In this document: positions 47,804 to 62,355 of the stretch, in pieces
Numbering within the stretch: position 1 is the first letter of the stretch
How the letters are laid out: each line of letters starts with the position of its first letter
Assembly: GCA_965649765.1 (NCBI GenBank)
Contig: OZ287751.1
Span: forward strand, 88,660,001 to 88,724,000
From: Bispira polyomma
Taxonomy: Eukaryota
Direction of reading: 5' to 3'
Length of the DNA stretch: 64,000 nt
The notes under the pieces: generated by a model
The model's input: the letters and a program-made list of their open reading frames with translations, nothing else
Told to the model about the DNA's origin: nothing
Database searches by the model: none
Position numbers and translations under genes: made by a program

Positions 47804-50654
47804 ATAGATATTTTCGCCATCACAGAAACACACATTAGGAGTTCTGATACTCCATCATTCCTCTCTGAACTTACCCCAGCTGACTTTCAGCTATTCCATA
47901 CCCCTCGTGTAGGTAAACAGGGTGAGGGGGGGTGGGATTTTTTATTAAGAAAAACTATGAATGTCGATTAGTTGCTACACCAAGTTTTAAATCTCACTAC
48001 ATTTTTCGAAGAATTCATGTCCTTTGTTGGGTTTACTTGCTCGGTGCCCTCTCCTACTGTATTCTGTGGGGATTTCAATATTCACATAGACACCGCATCT
48101 GGAAATAGTAATCGGTTTTCCACAGTTTTGGAATCTTGTAATCTTACCCAACACATAAATTTCCCTACCCATATTCATGGGCATACACTAGACTGCTTGC
48201 TAACTCCGACTGATTTCAATGGTATCAGAAACATAAAAAACATTGGTTGCATCAGTGATCATTTTTCGATATCCTGTGAAATTGATGCTCCCTCCCCACC
48301 ATCTTTTGATGTCACACAAATCACTTTTCGGCAATTTCAAAAAATCAATATGTCTGACCTTAGACGAGAGTTGGCAGATACGGCCTTCGTCAAGTCTCCT
48401 GCTGATAATGCCACTGACCTATACACACAGTACTGCACTGACCTGCAGTCTCTTATAGAACGCCATGCGCCATGTAAATCAAAGACATTGAAGAAGCCAG
48501 CACCTGAGTGGATCACCAGTAATTATCGTGAAATGAAGATGCTGCGCAGACAAGCCGAACGAACATGGCGCCGAAACAAAAATACTACAAATAGATATAG
48601 ACTACGCCAATGGATCACCCAGTGCAACAACACTATAAATGACTCAAAACATGCCTACTATGCTAAGATGATATCACAAAGCGAGGGTGACCCGAAGAAA
48701 CTTTGGCAAAAACTAAATAGCACCCTCCACAGTAAAAAACAGACTATACTACCAGAAAATTCCAATAGCAAATCACTGGCAAACATTTTTAGTACTTTTT
48801 TCACTGATAAAATTACCAGAATCCGTGACGGTTTTACATTAGCTGCCCCAAATGCCCCTTTACCAACATCTCCACCAACCGTCTTCAACTGTTTCTCCAC
48901 AGTAACTGTTGATGAAGTCAGGAAAATTATACTGGCATCACCCGTAAAATCTTGCTTGCTAGATCCGTGGCCCACATTCCTTGTCAAAGAATGTATTGAC
49001 ATTTTATTGCCCTCAATCACAAAACTTATCAACCTCTCGTTGATAAATGGCGTCTTTCCAGATGACTTTAAAAAGGCTATTGTCACTCCTCTAATAAAAA
49101 AACCTTCTCTTCCAAAGGCGGACTTGAAAAATTACCGTCCTGTCTCAGGCCTTTGCTATATCTCTAAGTTGGTAGAACGCGCGGTTGCCTTACAGATCAA
49201 ACAACATGTTGACATCAGCAATCTGTCCAATAAGTATCAGTCAGCATACAAAAGTGGTCATTCTACTGAGACTGCACTTCTCTCCATCAAAAATTATGTT
49301 CATACATCTTTATCCAAAGGTATGTCTACTGCCTTAGTACTGCTGGATCTGTCAGCAGCCTTTGATACTATTGATCACAGAGTTCTTCTTGAGTGCCTAT
49401 CGTCTTGGTTCGGTATCAGCGGTATGGCACTTAAGTGGTTCACGGCATATTTATCTGATAGATTCTAATCAGTCAAAATTGGCAATATCTTATCCGACCC
49501 AACATGGTTAAAATTTGGTGTTCCCCAAGGTTCCGTCCTGGGTCCCATTTTGTTTTCCATGTACACCACTCCACTCAGCAAGATTATTGCTGCATACAAA
49601 AACATAAACTTTCACTTCTATGCTGATGATACCCAACTGTACATCCACCTTACACCTGACTCTGCCCAGGTAGCTTTCACTTCCTTTCTGAACTGCTTTG
49701 TTGATGTACAACACTGGATGGCAGCAAATAAACTTAAGCTGAACCCTGAGAAGACTGAGTTTATTTTGTTTGGCTCCAAGTCACAACGGGAAAAATTGTC
49801 CAGCTGTTTTCCACTTGACATTCTTGGCAGCAGGCTATTTCCAGCTGACAAAGTACGAAACCTGGGTGTGGTGTTCGAGTCTGAATTCTCCTTCTTTAAC
49901 CATGTCGCATCAGTGTGTAGATCATGTTTTGTTGGCCTCCGTGATTTCAGGCGGATTCGACGCTATCTTTCCAAATCCACTGCAATCACTGTTGCCAATG
50001 CTTTGGTCAACAGTAGGCTTGATTACTGCAACTCTCTGTTCCGTTCCTTATCTCGTAGTGATCTCAGACGCCTTCAGAATATCCAACACTCATTGGCACG
50101 TATTGTGACCAAAACTTCTAAATTTTCCCACATTACTCCTGTACTCAAGTCACTGCACTGGCTCCCAATAAAATATCGTATTGCTTTCAAAACAGCAACA
50201 ATAATATATAAATTTCTAAATTCTGGATTACCCACTTATTTTAGCCCCCATCTATCCAAATATACATGCTCAGTCAGGACAAGGCGCAGTAACCCTGATA
50301 AATTATACCTTAACATTCCCACTTTCGACCCTCGCATCCACAAATCCAAAGTTCAGTTCAATCACTGTCTAGCTCATGATGGCCCCCTCATTTGGAACAG
50401 CCTACCTGATCATGTTCGCCTGGCTCAAACTTTCTCCTCTTTCAGGAGTAAGCTGAAGGCCTATCTTTTTGAACAGGCTTTTCCACCTTAGCCGTCGCAA
50501 CCATTTACGGCAGTCTCCCTGGTTACGACTTCCATCCGCCCACTATTTTTTTGATTTTCGATTAACGTTTTGGGTTTGTTGCGCCTTAGAATTTGTTGTA
50601 CAAAGATTAAGCGCTATAAAAGTACGACTAGATTAGATTAGATTAGATTAGATT
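47804..50654 (+). mobile_element. L2/CR1-clade LINE, 5'-truncated ORF2 (APE endonuclease + RT) with (TAGAT)n tail
   Basis: IDIFAITETH, GDFNIH, GHTLD, SDHF (EN); YRPVS, LDLSAAFDTIDH, GVPQGSVLGP, YADDTQLY (RT); LHWLP. Frameshift(s) near 47930-48000, in-frame TAA at 49466; tail 50629-50654. Confidence 0.95.
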
Positions 50655-51064
50655 CATCAGTTCTAATTACACTGCTGCAATCTGACATAGACATATACCA
50701 GACAAAATCAGTAGTGACAACAATAAGAAAGACGAGTATGAAACAATGATAAAGAAAATATGATTTCATAACAAAGGGAAAAATTAATTATTCATTTTAG
50801 GACCAGACAGACAAACAATTGATATCACTGATTTTGAAACATTAATATCAATATATGACGTACTAAAACAGACTGGGAGTTTAAATTATAAGATGGCAAG
50901 AATACCAATAAAATAAGGACCAAAAATAGAGAATTAGAGGAGGTACTTAAGAGACTATATGAAGATGAATTATTAATACAATATTGAGAATATGGATTTC
51001 TCATTTCTTTATATGATAGACAAAAACTGGACAATAAACATACTGACAATCATTTCTAAGCAAA

Positions 51065-51297
51065 CCACTCTAGTACCTGTGTAGGTTATATTGGGACGGG
51101 TAGTTGGAAATGCTGGAGGAAATACCGCGTACAGTTGATCAAGGTTCTGCACTGAAACCAGCAATCCACAGTAAGAAACTAACACCTTTTCCACATAAGC
51201 ATTGACAGGATTCGAACCCACGCCCGCCAATCCCAGAGGTGAGAGACCAGTGATTGTGAAGCGCAATGCTTGCTAGCCACTAGGCCAGTGCGGCCCC
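51065..51297 (-). mobile_element. tRNA-derived SINE (same family as 61696)
   Basis: tggcctagtgg A box, ggttcgaatcc B box; core ggtttcagtgcagaaccttgatcaactgta identical to the 61696 copy. Confidence 0.9.
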
Positions 51298-51494
51298 AAG
51301 TACTTTACTAAGGAGAGAGACATAATTATAAGAGGCACAATTATAGGTCGAATTTAAAAAATATTCAGGAAGACTTCTATTGTTCTCCTCTACTGACAAG
51401 ACCCACAATTGACAAAATAGTCCAGGAAATTCAAAGTTGAGGAAAAAGTGCTATGTTAGCGAACGTCAACATTGCGCATGTGCTTCGCAACCTA

Positions 51495-51855
51495 TGAGTG
51501 GATCCGGTAGATCGCTTAACACTCGGATATAAATGGTAAGACAATCATTTTATTGATGTAGTGTGGACGATTTGACTCAGTCTTTATCCACGTTTCTGAC
51601 GAAATTAACGTACATCATGCATCAGAATAGTTATAAAGTATTAAACTATAAAGAAGATTTCAATATGGTTGAAGAATAAACTAAGGCGACCTTAGCTTAT
51701 TAGTTTCTGATAGAATTAATGCAGCAACCAATTCTTCCAATTAATGAATCAAAATTAGTTACACTTAGCAAAAAGGTGACATGCTTGGGCATAGTAATTG
51801 ATATTGACCAAAAAACCCTTAGCATTGATACTGAGAAATTATAAAGTATACACAA
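51495..51855 (+). mobile_element. Decayed DIRS RT fragment
   Basis: VDPVDRLTLGYKW.. and PINESKLVTLSKKVTCLGIVIDIDQKTLSIDTEKL parallel the RT of copies 1 and 2. Confidence 0.7.
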
Positions 51856-54800
51856 GTAAATGTACATCTATACCAATTTTAAATATAATTATTCCCATGC
51901 AAAATTCTGCTTGTTAAGTCTTTGAAGGTACATGTGAACATGAAGTTGTTGCGACGAATTATATCAAGTGTGGTATGGATGAATGCGACTGTTAGATTGT
52001 TAGATGGTAAACAAGCTAAATTACTGTAAAGTGTGTAGGATTTGTCAGTGAATAGCTATGCATTCTGTTGTGACCATGACATTACGGAAAATGCCTATCC
52101 ATCAATTTAATGGGTCCTATCTGGTACCATCTGGACTCCTTGTGATTCTATATTTGGAGTAGTTTTACAGAGGTGAGTTTGTTTTGAAATACCAATAATA
52201 ATGATTGAAAGATAAGTGATAGAGTTCCTCGGAAGTTCCTCGCCAAATTTAAATATATAGAGTAACCCTGGGCAGTTACATAAAGCAGTAAAGAATGTAT
52301 ACCTAAAGACTACTGTGAGAAAGAAGAGGAGCAATTTACGTTGTACAACAGTTATTCTAGTTGTTATCCACTCGTTTTGAAATGTTGTTTTGTTTCTCCT
52401 AAAATTCAGTTGATATTCTTGTGTCTATTGATTGCTTGCCTACTCTTGTTCACAGTGAAACTTTTTCACTAAACACTTTTCTTATTAACTATATTTTCAA
52501 CATATTCATAATAAACATATTCTCAATCACTTCTCTTCCATCATTTTCCCAATAACAACATGTATATTCATAAAAATCCCTTTATATATTACTCACCATT
52601 TTTCACTAATTTTTTTCTCGGTAGCTTCTTTTCCAAAAAACATTTTCTCTGTCACTCAGCTTGTGGCTGCCACTGTTTGTATGCTTTAAAATTTTAATTT
52701 TTTAATTGCCCATTTTACATATTACAATTAATACATTCAGTTAAGTTAACAAAGTATTAGAAAACGGATAATACCATTCTCCACCTTGATCTATATGTGT
52801 GAGTTGCTTTTGGTGTATTTATCAGAGTGTCTTTAGATTTAGAAACTGATAACTCAAATTATTCTGATACATGTAGATGCACTGAAACACCGGTTCGTTT
52901 CATTTACCTCCATGAAGACTTCAATGACCAAGGTTTAAAAATCACAGAGAAAGATGGTCATCTGGATCCATATTGTGACACTCAGACTTAACTCAATGTT
53001 ATGTGGAAGTCACTGTATATGAAAATGATCTATATTTGTGACTATTCATTTAAATGCAGCTTTCAATGCTGCATTCAGAAATTCAGTCAGATTTCATATA
53101 TGTTCCCTCTAGCCAGTGATAGGGATGCCTTACAACTGTGCCATAGTCTGACTTAAGTTTGACATTGTTGGAACATATGGCAACTGGTAAACAAATATTC
53201 CATGCTCCATGTAAACAGCCTTCAACTACTTTGAATCTGTCATATTTTTTAAAAAAAGCATAAGCTTTAAACAACACTGGTGACTTTTTTATTTTCATTT
53301 TAAAGAAAACTGACAAGATGCCACATCTTGTGAGTATGAGACCACCATTTAAAAATATAAAGGCCAGCATAGTATATGACAGTTGAAACGTGGTGAGATG
53401 GCACAAACTAAATTAAATAAGAAGCTTGTGTAATATCATTTTGATGCAGTTAACTGGATCTATTTCTAATAGATAAAAAAATGTCAGTTATTACTATATA
53501 TCATATTGCATCTAATTATTTACCCTTTTCATATGTCATTACTTGAGTTTACTAACGTTTGAAATCTGACTCAAAAAAGTGATGTTTGCTGCAGTGAAGT
53601 TAGAGTTATCTTTCACTATAGGATCTGCGGAATATGTTTCTAATAAAATATATCCAAGATCATCTTTAACGAGTAATTTTTATTTTCCTGTAGAAACTTT
53701 AGTGAACACCACTGCATCTAAACGTTTTTCATTAAATTCGTGACAATTTTAAAAATGCACCACTACTAATAATTATAGCTAAAAAGGATGATGTAAGCTA
53801 AGTGTTTGACACAATGCCTTCAGCTGACCTTGAAGATAGTGACAAGAAGATGGAGGTATATATATATATTTTCTACATATCTATATATAACACCAGTTTA
53901 AGACTACCATTAATTAAGTTTTAATACAAGTTAATTTAAGTGTACTTTAAATTACTTCAGAGGTGAGGTTACCTTAGGATACCCGAGCGGGCCACCTTAA
54001 CTTGAGTTTACGTTAAGCACATATATATAGAGTTTCACATAATGACAATATGTCATGATGATTATAACCGTCAAGTTCTAAAAGGTTAAACAGATTTCCT
54101 TAGTTCTAACATGTTCATTATAACCTTTACTGAAATCTTGTAATAGGTCAACAAATAAGTAAATCAAATAAACTAGAAATATCTCTAAAACGACAACTGC
54201 TTGTGTCTGTAAATATGAGATCTGTTCTTCCAATTATCAAATACATATTACCATGACTCACATTGTGCACAGATCCAACTCAGGTAGATATAAGACAGGT
54301 ATTAAAGATATAAAGGTAATGTAAAACAGTTGCTACATAAAACAAAACATATATGAGTCCATTATGGCATCTGTATGCCAATCCAACCAACTGCGACAGC
54401 CTAGGCACCGAGGAGACCCAGAATGATGCAAGTGCCAGAACGCCTAATGACGTGTGTTTGTATACTTGAGATGAAATGCAAGAGTGGCAGCAAAGGTGTG
54501 GAACTTTGACAGTTATTTTTCTAAATCTACACTCAGTAACGTTGTGAAATTTGGTCACTGACCAAATCAGAGATAATGTGTATTCACTGAAATTCCTGGT
54601 TGTAGATTCACTGTAACATGTAAACATTAAAAAATCTTAAACTAGTTTAATATATAATTTAGTAATATTAATTGCCATGCATAAATATCTATATGAAATG
54701 AGATCAATTTGCGGGGTAAGCGGGTTAGCAGCCGTATTTCCGAGAAAAAAAAATCAAGCTCAGACTCAACTCTGAGTTTTGCTCAGTTGCTATGGTGACA

Positions 54801-57800
54801 CACTCAGATCAAATCTCAACTCAGTTAGTATTCTCCAATATTTTGATTTGAGTTTTTTGGTCAAGCTCAAAGTTGAGCAAGGTTGTACCTTGACTCAATC
54901 AACTATAATAAAAATTTCACTCAAATGAAAACCAAAGTGATCGTGTGACCACCGGTCCAATATAACAGTAAGTTTGATTGGCCTGTTGCTATTTTGGACC
55001 TGAGCCAACAGGTCTAGATGTGCATCTGAGCTGAGAAAAAGAGGTTATAACAAAGATTTTCTTTATTACGTCCATCAAGAAGAATATTATTATTGTCTGT
55101 TGGTTTGTTTGTCAGGAGGATTTACACATAATAAAAACAGAAACGATTTGCATGGCATTCAGTGGAGAAAGGGGTATTTGGCCGAGAAAGAATCTTAGTA
55201 CGGATAGAAGGGCAATCCAACGAGTTTTGTTTCCCAGTTTCGTGAGGCATCCCCTTGGCAGAGGTATGCACTCTGCTGAGTGTAGTTCCAGCTGCACGAT
55301 ACTTTCAGACGAGGACAGATGTCATCCTTACACTGCAGAATGTTTTGGTTTTTTTAATGAAAACCTTAATATGCACCACAATCCACTTTTTTCACATACC
55401 TTAGCTCGGTTAGAGTAATGAGGAAAGGTGTTCAACAAATGACAGGTTTAAACATGATATGCCTAGTTAAATGATATGTAAAATTACTGCTGACACTAAA
55501 AGCAGCCAGACACAAAAATTAATTAAAGTAAAACAACAGGGATCATGTCAAGATTTTGCCATCAAATAGCCTCTAATGACAAATCTCACAATGTGATTTC
55601 AAGAGTAGAATTTTAAGCACCAGTGTGAATTACTGTAGCTCATGTATATAATAAGCATACACAAAATTTATATATATATATTAAATTGAAACTTTTGGTG
55701 TGGTCATCAATGATAATTTTCATTTATATATAAGACTGATACTATTTTTAATAAATAGACGATTCAGTAAACAGGCAAATAACTTTAAGGACAAATTTTT
55801 GAAAACTTAAAAGGTGTGATTTCAAAACTGAAAATGATTTATATAGTGATATGCATTATAGTAGCAACATCTAAATTAGTATACTGCAGTAAATCCATTT
55901 TTCAAGGACATATAATCAACTGTATAACGACAATCACTCTGGATGAGCACTATTCCAACCATATTGCAGCAAATAAAATTTTGTTCTACAATTTTTCTGT
56001 GAGACATAAACCCTGTTTTTCAGTCAGCTCTGATTTATATCAACGAGACTATTTGCATTTCCATGGTCAACTTTGTGGAAGATTGCTAATAACGAGTAAA
56101 AAGGTTATGAACAACTATTTTCCAATATTACACTGGAAATTTCCTTTTGGCTCACATAGTGTAAAGGTAAAGGTACGACGATTCTCAAGTCCTGTATTTG
56201 ACTATACTTGCTCCTATTTTAAGATGGTGATATCAACTTGGACTGATACACATTGGAAGAAAAAGTCATTTTGTGGGAAAATTCCTGCTTGGCAAATGTA
56301 GTTGAGCAGTGAAAGCAAAGTTCAATTCTTTAAGCATCCAAATCTACTTGTGAGACTTAATATAGACCTGATGTGGTATCTTGCCAAAGCTGATCTCCCA
56401 GTTTTATGGATTGAAAAGGTCTTCACTGGTGGACCAGTTAAGTTTATCGACAAGTTCTGGAGGTCGTTGCATCAAAATATTTTTACCCAGCTTCACTTCA
56501 TTGCTCCAGATAATAAGATACTACAGGTAAGCAATTGATTACATACTTTGAGTTTAAAAAGTATTTTTTTTTAAAAAAAAACCATAGCTTTAATGTAGCA
56601 TTTAATCATGAGTTAGTGTATCACATCAGAAGGTGGTTGTCTTAGTTTGAAGACATATGTTAGAGGATTTTAGTTAGAGTTTAGACATCTTGCCCTAGGA
56701 AGTTATCGCCCAATGACCAATATGGTGATACCCCATGTTGAATCTAGTAACATCAGACCACAAGTAAAAACTCTGTTAGCATTAAGCCATATGACCACTA
56801 AGTCTATGCCAAATCCTTTATTGATTGGAAAGTATTTAGCAAAACTAATAAATCAACTAAATTACTTTGTAAAGGCTCCCAATTTTACATTAATAAGGTT
56901 TATTTTCAATATTACACTATAACATTTTGTCGTGACTGGTACTTTTAAATGTTTAAATAAAATGTTCATTACTAAGGTGTCTCATATTATTCAAATAGTT
57001 ATGCTGCTAATTATGATACTGCAGGTCAAGTAAACCGTAGCTCTACATACAATGTATGGTCTCGGTGAAGCAAAACGTTGGACAAGGATAGTTTATGTGT
57101 CTTGATAGTTTTATGATTAGTTTCTTCACAAATGAGCTGCTAATATTAGATTGCATATTTTTATATAACATGTCATGTTAATAGTTATCTTTGATGCTTA
57201 AAATTATCATTAAATGGTCAAAAAGTAAAAGTTTATAGTCAAATCAAATCGCATATTCATCTTTCTATGTTGTTCCTGTCATTTCCCGTGCATACATATG
57301 ACAACAATACTTACTTAACACTGTATAAATTCTAAACGTGTTCATATGGATCATGTGACCTGACTATTTTGTTTCATTTTTTCAGGTTGGCTGCACATCA
57401 TCAGTACACGACATTCCTCTGTATCTGTTTCTTTATGATGGACCTGGTACATTATCTCCTGTACTAAAACAAATTCTTGGTTCCCAATTCCCTGTAAATC
57501 TTGATTTGTGTTCAGTACAAACTTTGTCCACACAAATCACAGCTGTTATTGAAATATTTTCTGCTACACATTCCAGGGTAAAACTGTATTCAGGGTTTAA
57601 CTTCACATATGTATTTAAGGATGTAGTGTGCAAACATAGGTTTCCTCACGGAACCTCCGAAATGATGTGCATTACCATAAAAGAATCAGCCATCCAGCCG
57701 CCATTATTACACTACTTTTATGAACCAGGTCAGCATCATTTGTTGCAATATTAGCTTATCCATTAACCAAGTAATATTTAATTACTAGTTTGGAATACTA

Positions 57801-59973
57801 TCTGTCACTTAAACTGCAACCTGTGGTCCTATAATTGTGCAGATATCAATTTGTTGTTGTTTTTCTTATCTGGTTATATTAGTTAGATTTCTCTTCACAA
57901 GTAAATGAATATTTATGCATAGCATTTTTGGAAGATAAATATACTGATACAAAGTTATTTTGTAAATGGCAGTGACTGTGTTGCAAATAAAAATCTTTAA
58001 AATATATAAAAAAAAAATTACTGTTAAGTTGCCAATCGCTTATTGGAATTACTAGATATAGCTTAATAAATAATTTAAACAGGCATCATATAAAAAACAC
58101 ATATATTTGACTAGATATTCATAATCTCGTTCTTTAATACAAAATATTTCATGTGTTTTTTAATACAGCAAAGAAAAAAGTGATAGAATTATAACAAAGC
58201 TATGACAGCCAAAAGAACAAAAGGTTCACCCTGAAACTCTTTGGGAAGAAACCCAATGTTGAAACAGTGGAAATATCAATGCTATTATTTACTGGGCCAA
58301 ATAAACCAAATTATAATCCAGGCCAATTGTGTAACTATGGAAGGATATCCATCTACTTTTATGAAAGTAACGAAGGATCTGAACTGCTGCAGCTTGCCAA
58401 GATTTATGAAACACCAACAACAGATAAAGAAATCAGTTTTTCTGTTCCTTTGAACTTACTTCCAAGAGGAAAATTATTCATAAATGTAATGTTTTTCGCT
58501 GCATACAGCTCCGGCCGAATACATCTTCATTTCAAGTATCAAAGCTGTCTCACACTTTATGTTTCTACAATTGAAAAGTTGTCACTACTTCCAAGTTATT
58601 ACCTGGAAAGGTTTTTACTTGACAAATATACCTACAGAGTAAAAATGATTTGTCTGTCTATCACAAGGATATTACACAGCTGGATGAAATATGAGAAGCA
58701 TACTCTAAAACAAAGCATATCCAGGTGGAAAACATCATTTGAAAGAGAGACGGGAGAGTCTTCTAACATCAGATTATCATATCTGTTGTATGATGAACAC
58801 CTAAGAATTGACTGTGGTGTTTCTCCAATAATAGTACACTCTAAAAACGGAGTTCAGGGAGACAATGAAACACACTTACTCATTCAGCCTCATTCTATGT
58901 CAAAAATTCCCAAAAGGCCACGCTGACTAGTGGAGGGAGGTGTTTCCCTGACGTCGGAGTAATGTTCACGCTGACACTGGAGTATTTTTACTTACAAAAC
59001 CATGTGAATAAAACCATTCAGGATATTCAGAATGAAACTCTCATTGGAATGTTGGTTTATCCCAACATTTTGTATTCTGTGTATACTTCAGCTCGAAGAT
59101 CAGAGACCATGGGAAGACTTTTATTAAGGTTTCCTTATGTACAAATCGATACATCTTATTATACATTTTTGAATGAAGATTATACATACACCTTCTTGGT
59201 TTACACAAACGAGGGTAACATTTTTACCATTGCTTCCCAAAAAAACACATGCCATTGCATTTACAAAATTATCTTTACTGAGGAGCATCCAACTATCAGG
59301 ACAAAAGTTATAACCACCTTTCATCATAAGGCTGACTCACCATTTGACATGTCTGGGTGGAAATATATGAATCATTATCCAGGAGGCGTTCTGGACTTTA
59401 CGGTTATCCTGGGGAAAGCACAATTAACACGAATGAACAACAAGATGACAACAGAAACTTTCAAAGACAGGATTCATGAAGATGAGGTTGAGTTGCCTTG
59501 TCTCTACATTGGATTTACATATGGTCCTTTCACTAACAACATCCAATACATACCTGTAAAAATCAACAAACAGGTCAGTCAGGCACCTATTTAATTTCAA
59601 CTATGAATTATATTTAGTACACAGTGTCTGCGAAATATGAGAAGTGCCAACAAAGTGAATTACAAAACAAAAAAACTTAGGCAAGCTACAAACTTGTTTG
59701 TCAGCTAGTAAACTTATATATCCATCCCCTGTTGGCTGTGAAATAAAATATATCTCCACCAACACCGTTCTTAATACATTTCACTTTATGTTTTGTTTTA
59801 TTATATTAGCTTTGTGTAAAATCTGAAAGTATGTACCTCTTATTATTTAAACTCTATCAGATTCTAATGGCTTTAACGAAATTTGATATATATTTTAATA
59901 TATTTTAATATTACATAATATCTCAACAGTACATCCAAAAGTAAATATAGCCCTCCAGCAATCTACATCTTGG

Positions 59974-60036
59974 TCTTCAGACATATGATAGCTTCTTCAG
60001 ACATATGATAGCTTCTTCAGACATATGATAGCTTCT
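59974..60036. repeat. 20-bp tandem repeat x3
   Basis: tcttcagacatatgatagct, three perfect copies. Confidence 0.95.
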
Positions 60037-60571
60037 AAATTTTTCTTTTCAATCTTTCAATATTAATTCCAATAATTTCATAAAAAATGTCCTGTAATAA
60101 CATGTTTTATACACAAATATCACCTCATTTTGGATGTTTCACATCTTTCTATATACTGGTATTAATTGGGTGACCATCTTATTTAGTCTAAAGTCGGTTG
60201 ATGGATACTGGATGTCTAGGTGAGATATAAAAAGGAGTGATAGCAGTGGAATAGTTTGAACCTCCTGGCGTATATCTTAATATCTTTGCAGTATACAATT
60301 TGTTACCATAGGCCACTTAGAATGGGTAATTGTAACAGTTACAATGGACATTATGCTTCAGTAACAATAAGTAAAAAACAGAGCTCCTGTAGTTTATATT
60401 GCTAGTCATTGACCCTACACTTGCGACCACACTTCATTTAGATGACAGCCCTCTGTCGTAACAGTGGGAAGTTAAATGGTGCTTCACTCAATTTAACTCT
60501 GACCACATGCTCAAACCTTGTAGCACAATTCTTTCAGGAATTATTGTTGTGCTTATTTCCAACATGTTGGC

Positions 60572-60573
<2 letters not shown>

Positions 60574-60610
<37 letters not shown>
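60574..60610. repeat. (TA)n microsatellite
   Basis: ~18 TA units; a shorter run lies at 11138-11157. Confidence 0.95.
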
Positions 60611-60612
<2 letters not shown>

Positions 60613-61695
60613 CATTGAGTGAAGTCATAAAGACAAACAAATCAACAAAATCTATCCACAGAAACACAATATATTGCCCCAAAATTCAGTAATTGTGATT
60701 TAAGCTTAACCCAGTCAAATGAAACAATTTGCATCCTCGTCATGCTGTAAATAGACAGGCTGGCTCATGGATTCAGAAAACCTTCTTAATCTTAGATTAT
60801 ATATAATAACAATATAATATTAAATCATGCCTTTACAAACAATTCTGGCTGTCAATATATCAATATAACAAAAGATGTTGACAGTAACACAAAGCCCAAA
60901 CCAATTCTCAAAAATAAGACTCAATGTAAGTAAGGCGTGTAAATATTCCATTAAAATGTTTTTAATACATGTTATCAGGAGAATCTACATTGGTTAATAG
61001 TTGTCTTGAATTTAATAGGCTTTTAAAATATTGTCAAATAAATAACAGTTTCCATGCTCTAATACTGACTTATAATGTTCTACTTAGGAATGTTTATTTA
61101 TTATTTCAGATTCAGTACTTTAACGGCCATTTTATATATAGCACTTGGTTGCATTCAGGGGTCTATGGAGACATGTCTGTTCAATTCTACCATGCTAAGT
61201 AAGTAGTGTTGTGAAGTATTATGCATATTTTTCCACATTTATACACAATATGAACCAATAAGGTCATATAAAAATGGCATCAACATGTACAAACTGCCGA
61301 CAAAACACACCAGCAAAATTACAATTGAACCAATTGACACAAAAGCAATAATATTTTAAGGGGCAAGTCTTTGTTTTGGTTTATTCTTGTAGAATAAGTC
61401 TCATTTGGTGTTCAGTTCTAGTTACCATGGGTTTAGGCTCCTAGGGGCCTATAAGTAAGCCTTTGGAAGCCGAATGCTGTGAATCTGATTTGACCTATTT
61501 ATCAATTCTATTTATCTATTTACCTATTTATCAGTTTTAGGGAATTTTTTATTTTGATTTGCTTTAAATGCTAAATAAGTGACTGTGGAACACCAGCAAG
61601 TAGTATTTCAGTAAAAAAAATACACCAGTAAGTATCACACCATAATGACGACAACATGTTAGCAGTACGACAACAGGTTAGCAGTACCTAGTGAG

Positions 61696-61951
61696 GGGGC
61701 TGTGGTGGCCTAGTGGTTAGCAAGCATTGCGCTTCACAATCACTGGTCTCTCACCTCTGGGCGGCGTGAGTTCGACTCCCCTTGATGCCTATGTGGGAAA
61801 GGTGGTAGTTCCTTACTGTGAGCCGCTGGTTTCAGTGCAGAACCTTGATCAACTGTATGCAGTGTTTCCACCAGTGTTTCCAACTACCCGTCCCAATATA
61901 ACCTAAACAGGTATTAGAGTGGACGTTAAATATCCCAATTCAAAAAAAAAA
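61696..61951 (+). mobile_element. Full-length tRNA-derived SINE with poly(A) tail and 13-bp TSD
   Basis: A box tggcctagtgg, B box gttcgactcc, poly-A; TSD agtacctagtgag at 61683-95 and 61952-64. Confidence 0.95.
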
Positions 61952-62355
61952 AGTACCTAGTGAGTATCACAGCAAAACGCAGTATACATGTTATCAATAC
62001 ACCAGCAAGTATCACACTATAATGTAGTACAAATGTTAGCAGTACACAAGTAAATATCACAGCAAAACAGTAAGGAATTGCGCTAAATAGAGACAGATTA
62101 TTTGGTCTACCCGATGAGTATCACATCTGAATGTGAAGTAGTACTGTAGCAATTAGAATGTAGTGAGTAGCTGAAGGATGGTGCTGACATAAGAGTTTAA
62201 AACAGGAAATTTTTCAAAGTTATATGGGCTATAGGGATAAATCACACAACAGTTCAAGTTTATCTTGTCCTTGGTGATAAGCTTGGCGCCTTTACCCTGC
62301 GGTATTTCTCTGAAGCAGCCAAAAAATATATCTCTATATATCTTGAGTTGTATAG

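Larger units (their letters stand above)
55834..61198 (+). pseudogene. Disrupted multi-exon gene for a secreted protein with divergent CUB-like modules
   Basis: Signal peptide MIYIVICIIVATSKLVYC. Exons 55834-56526, 57386-57728, 58169-59573 and 61110-61198 are phase-compatible GT-AG. Motifs FCGKIP, LFLYDGPGTLSP, SGFNFTY, CNYGRISI. TAG at 56299, TAA at 58192, frameshift near 58900. Confidence 0.65.

Noticed and set aside
60120-60490. Possible transposase relic on the minus strand
   Set aside because: Too many stops and no confidently recognisable motif.
61696-61785. tRNA genes (also 51210-51297, 9120-9200, 7550-7610)
   Set aside because: A/B boxes continue into SINE bodies with tails or a TSD, and there is no clean cloverleaf.
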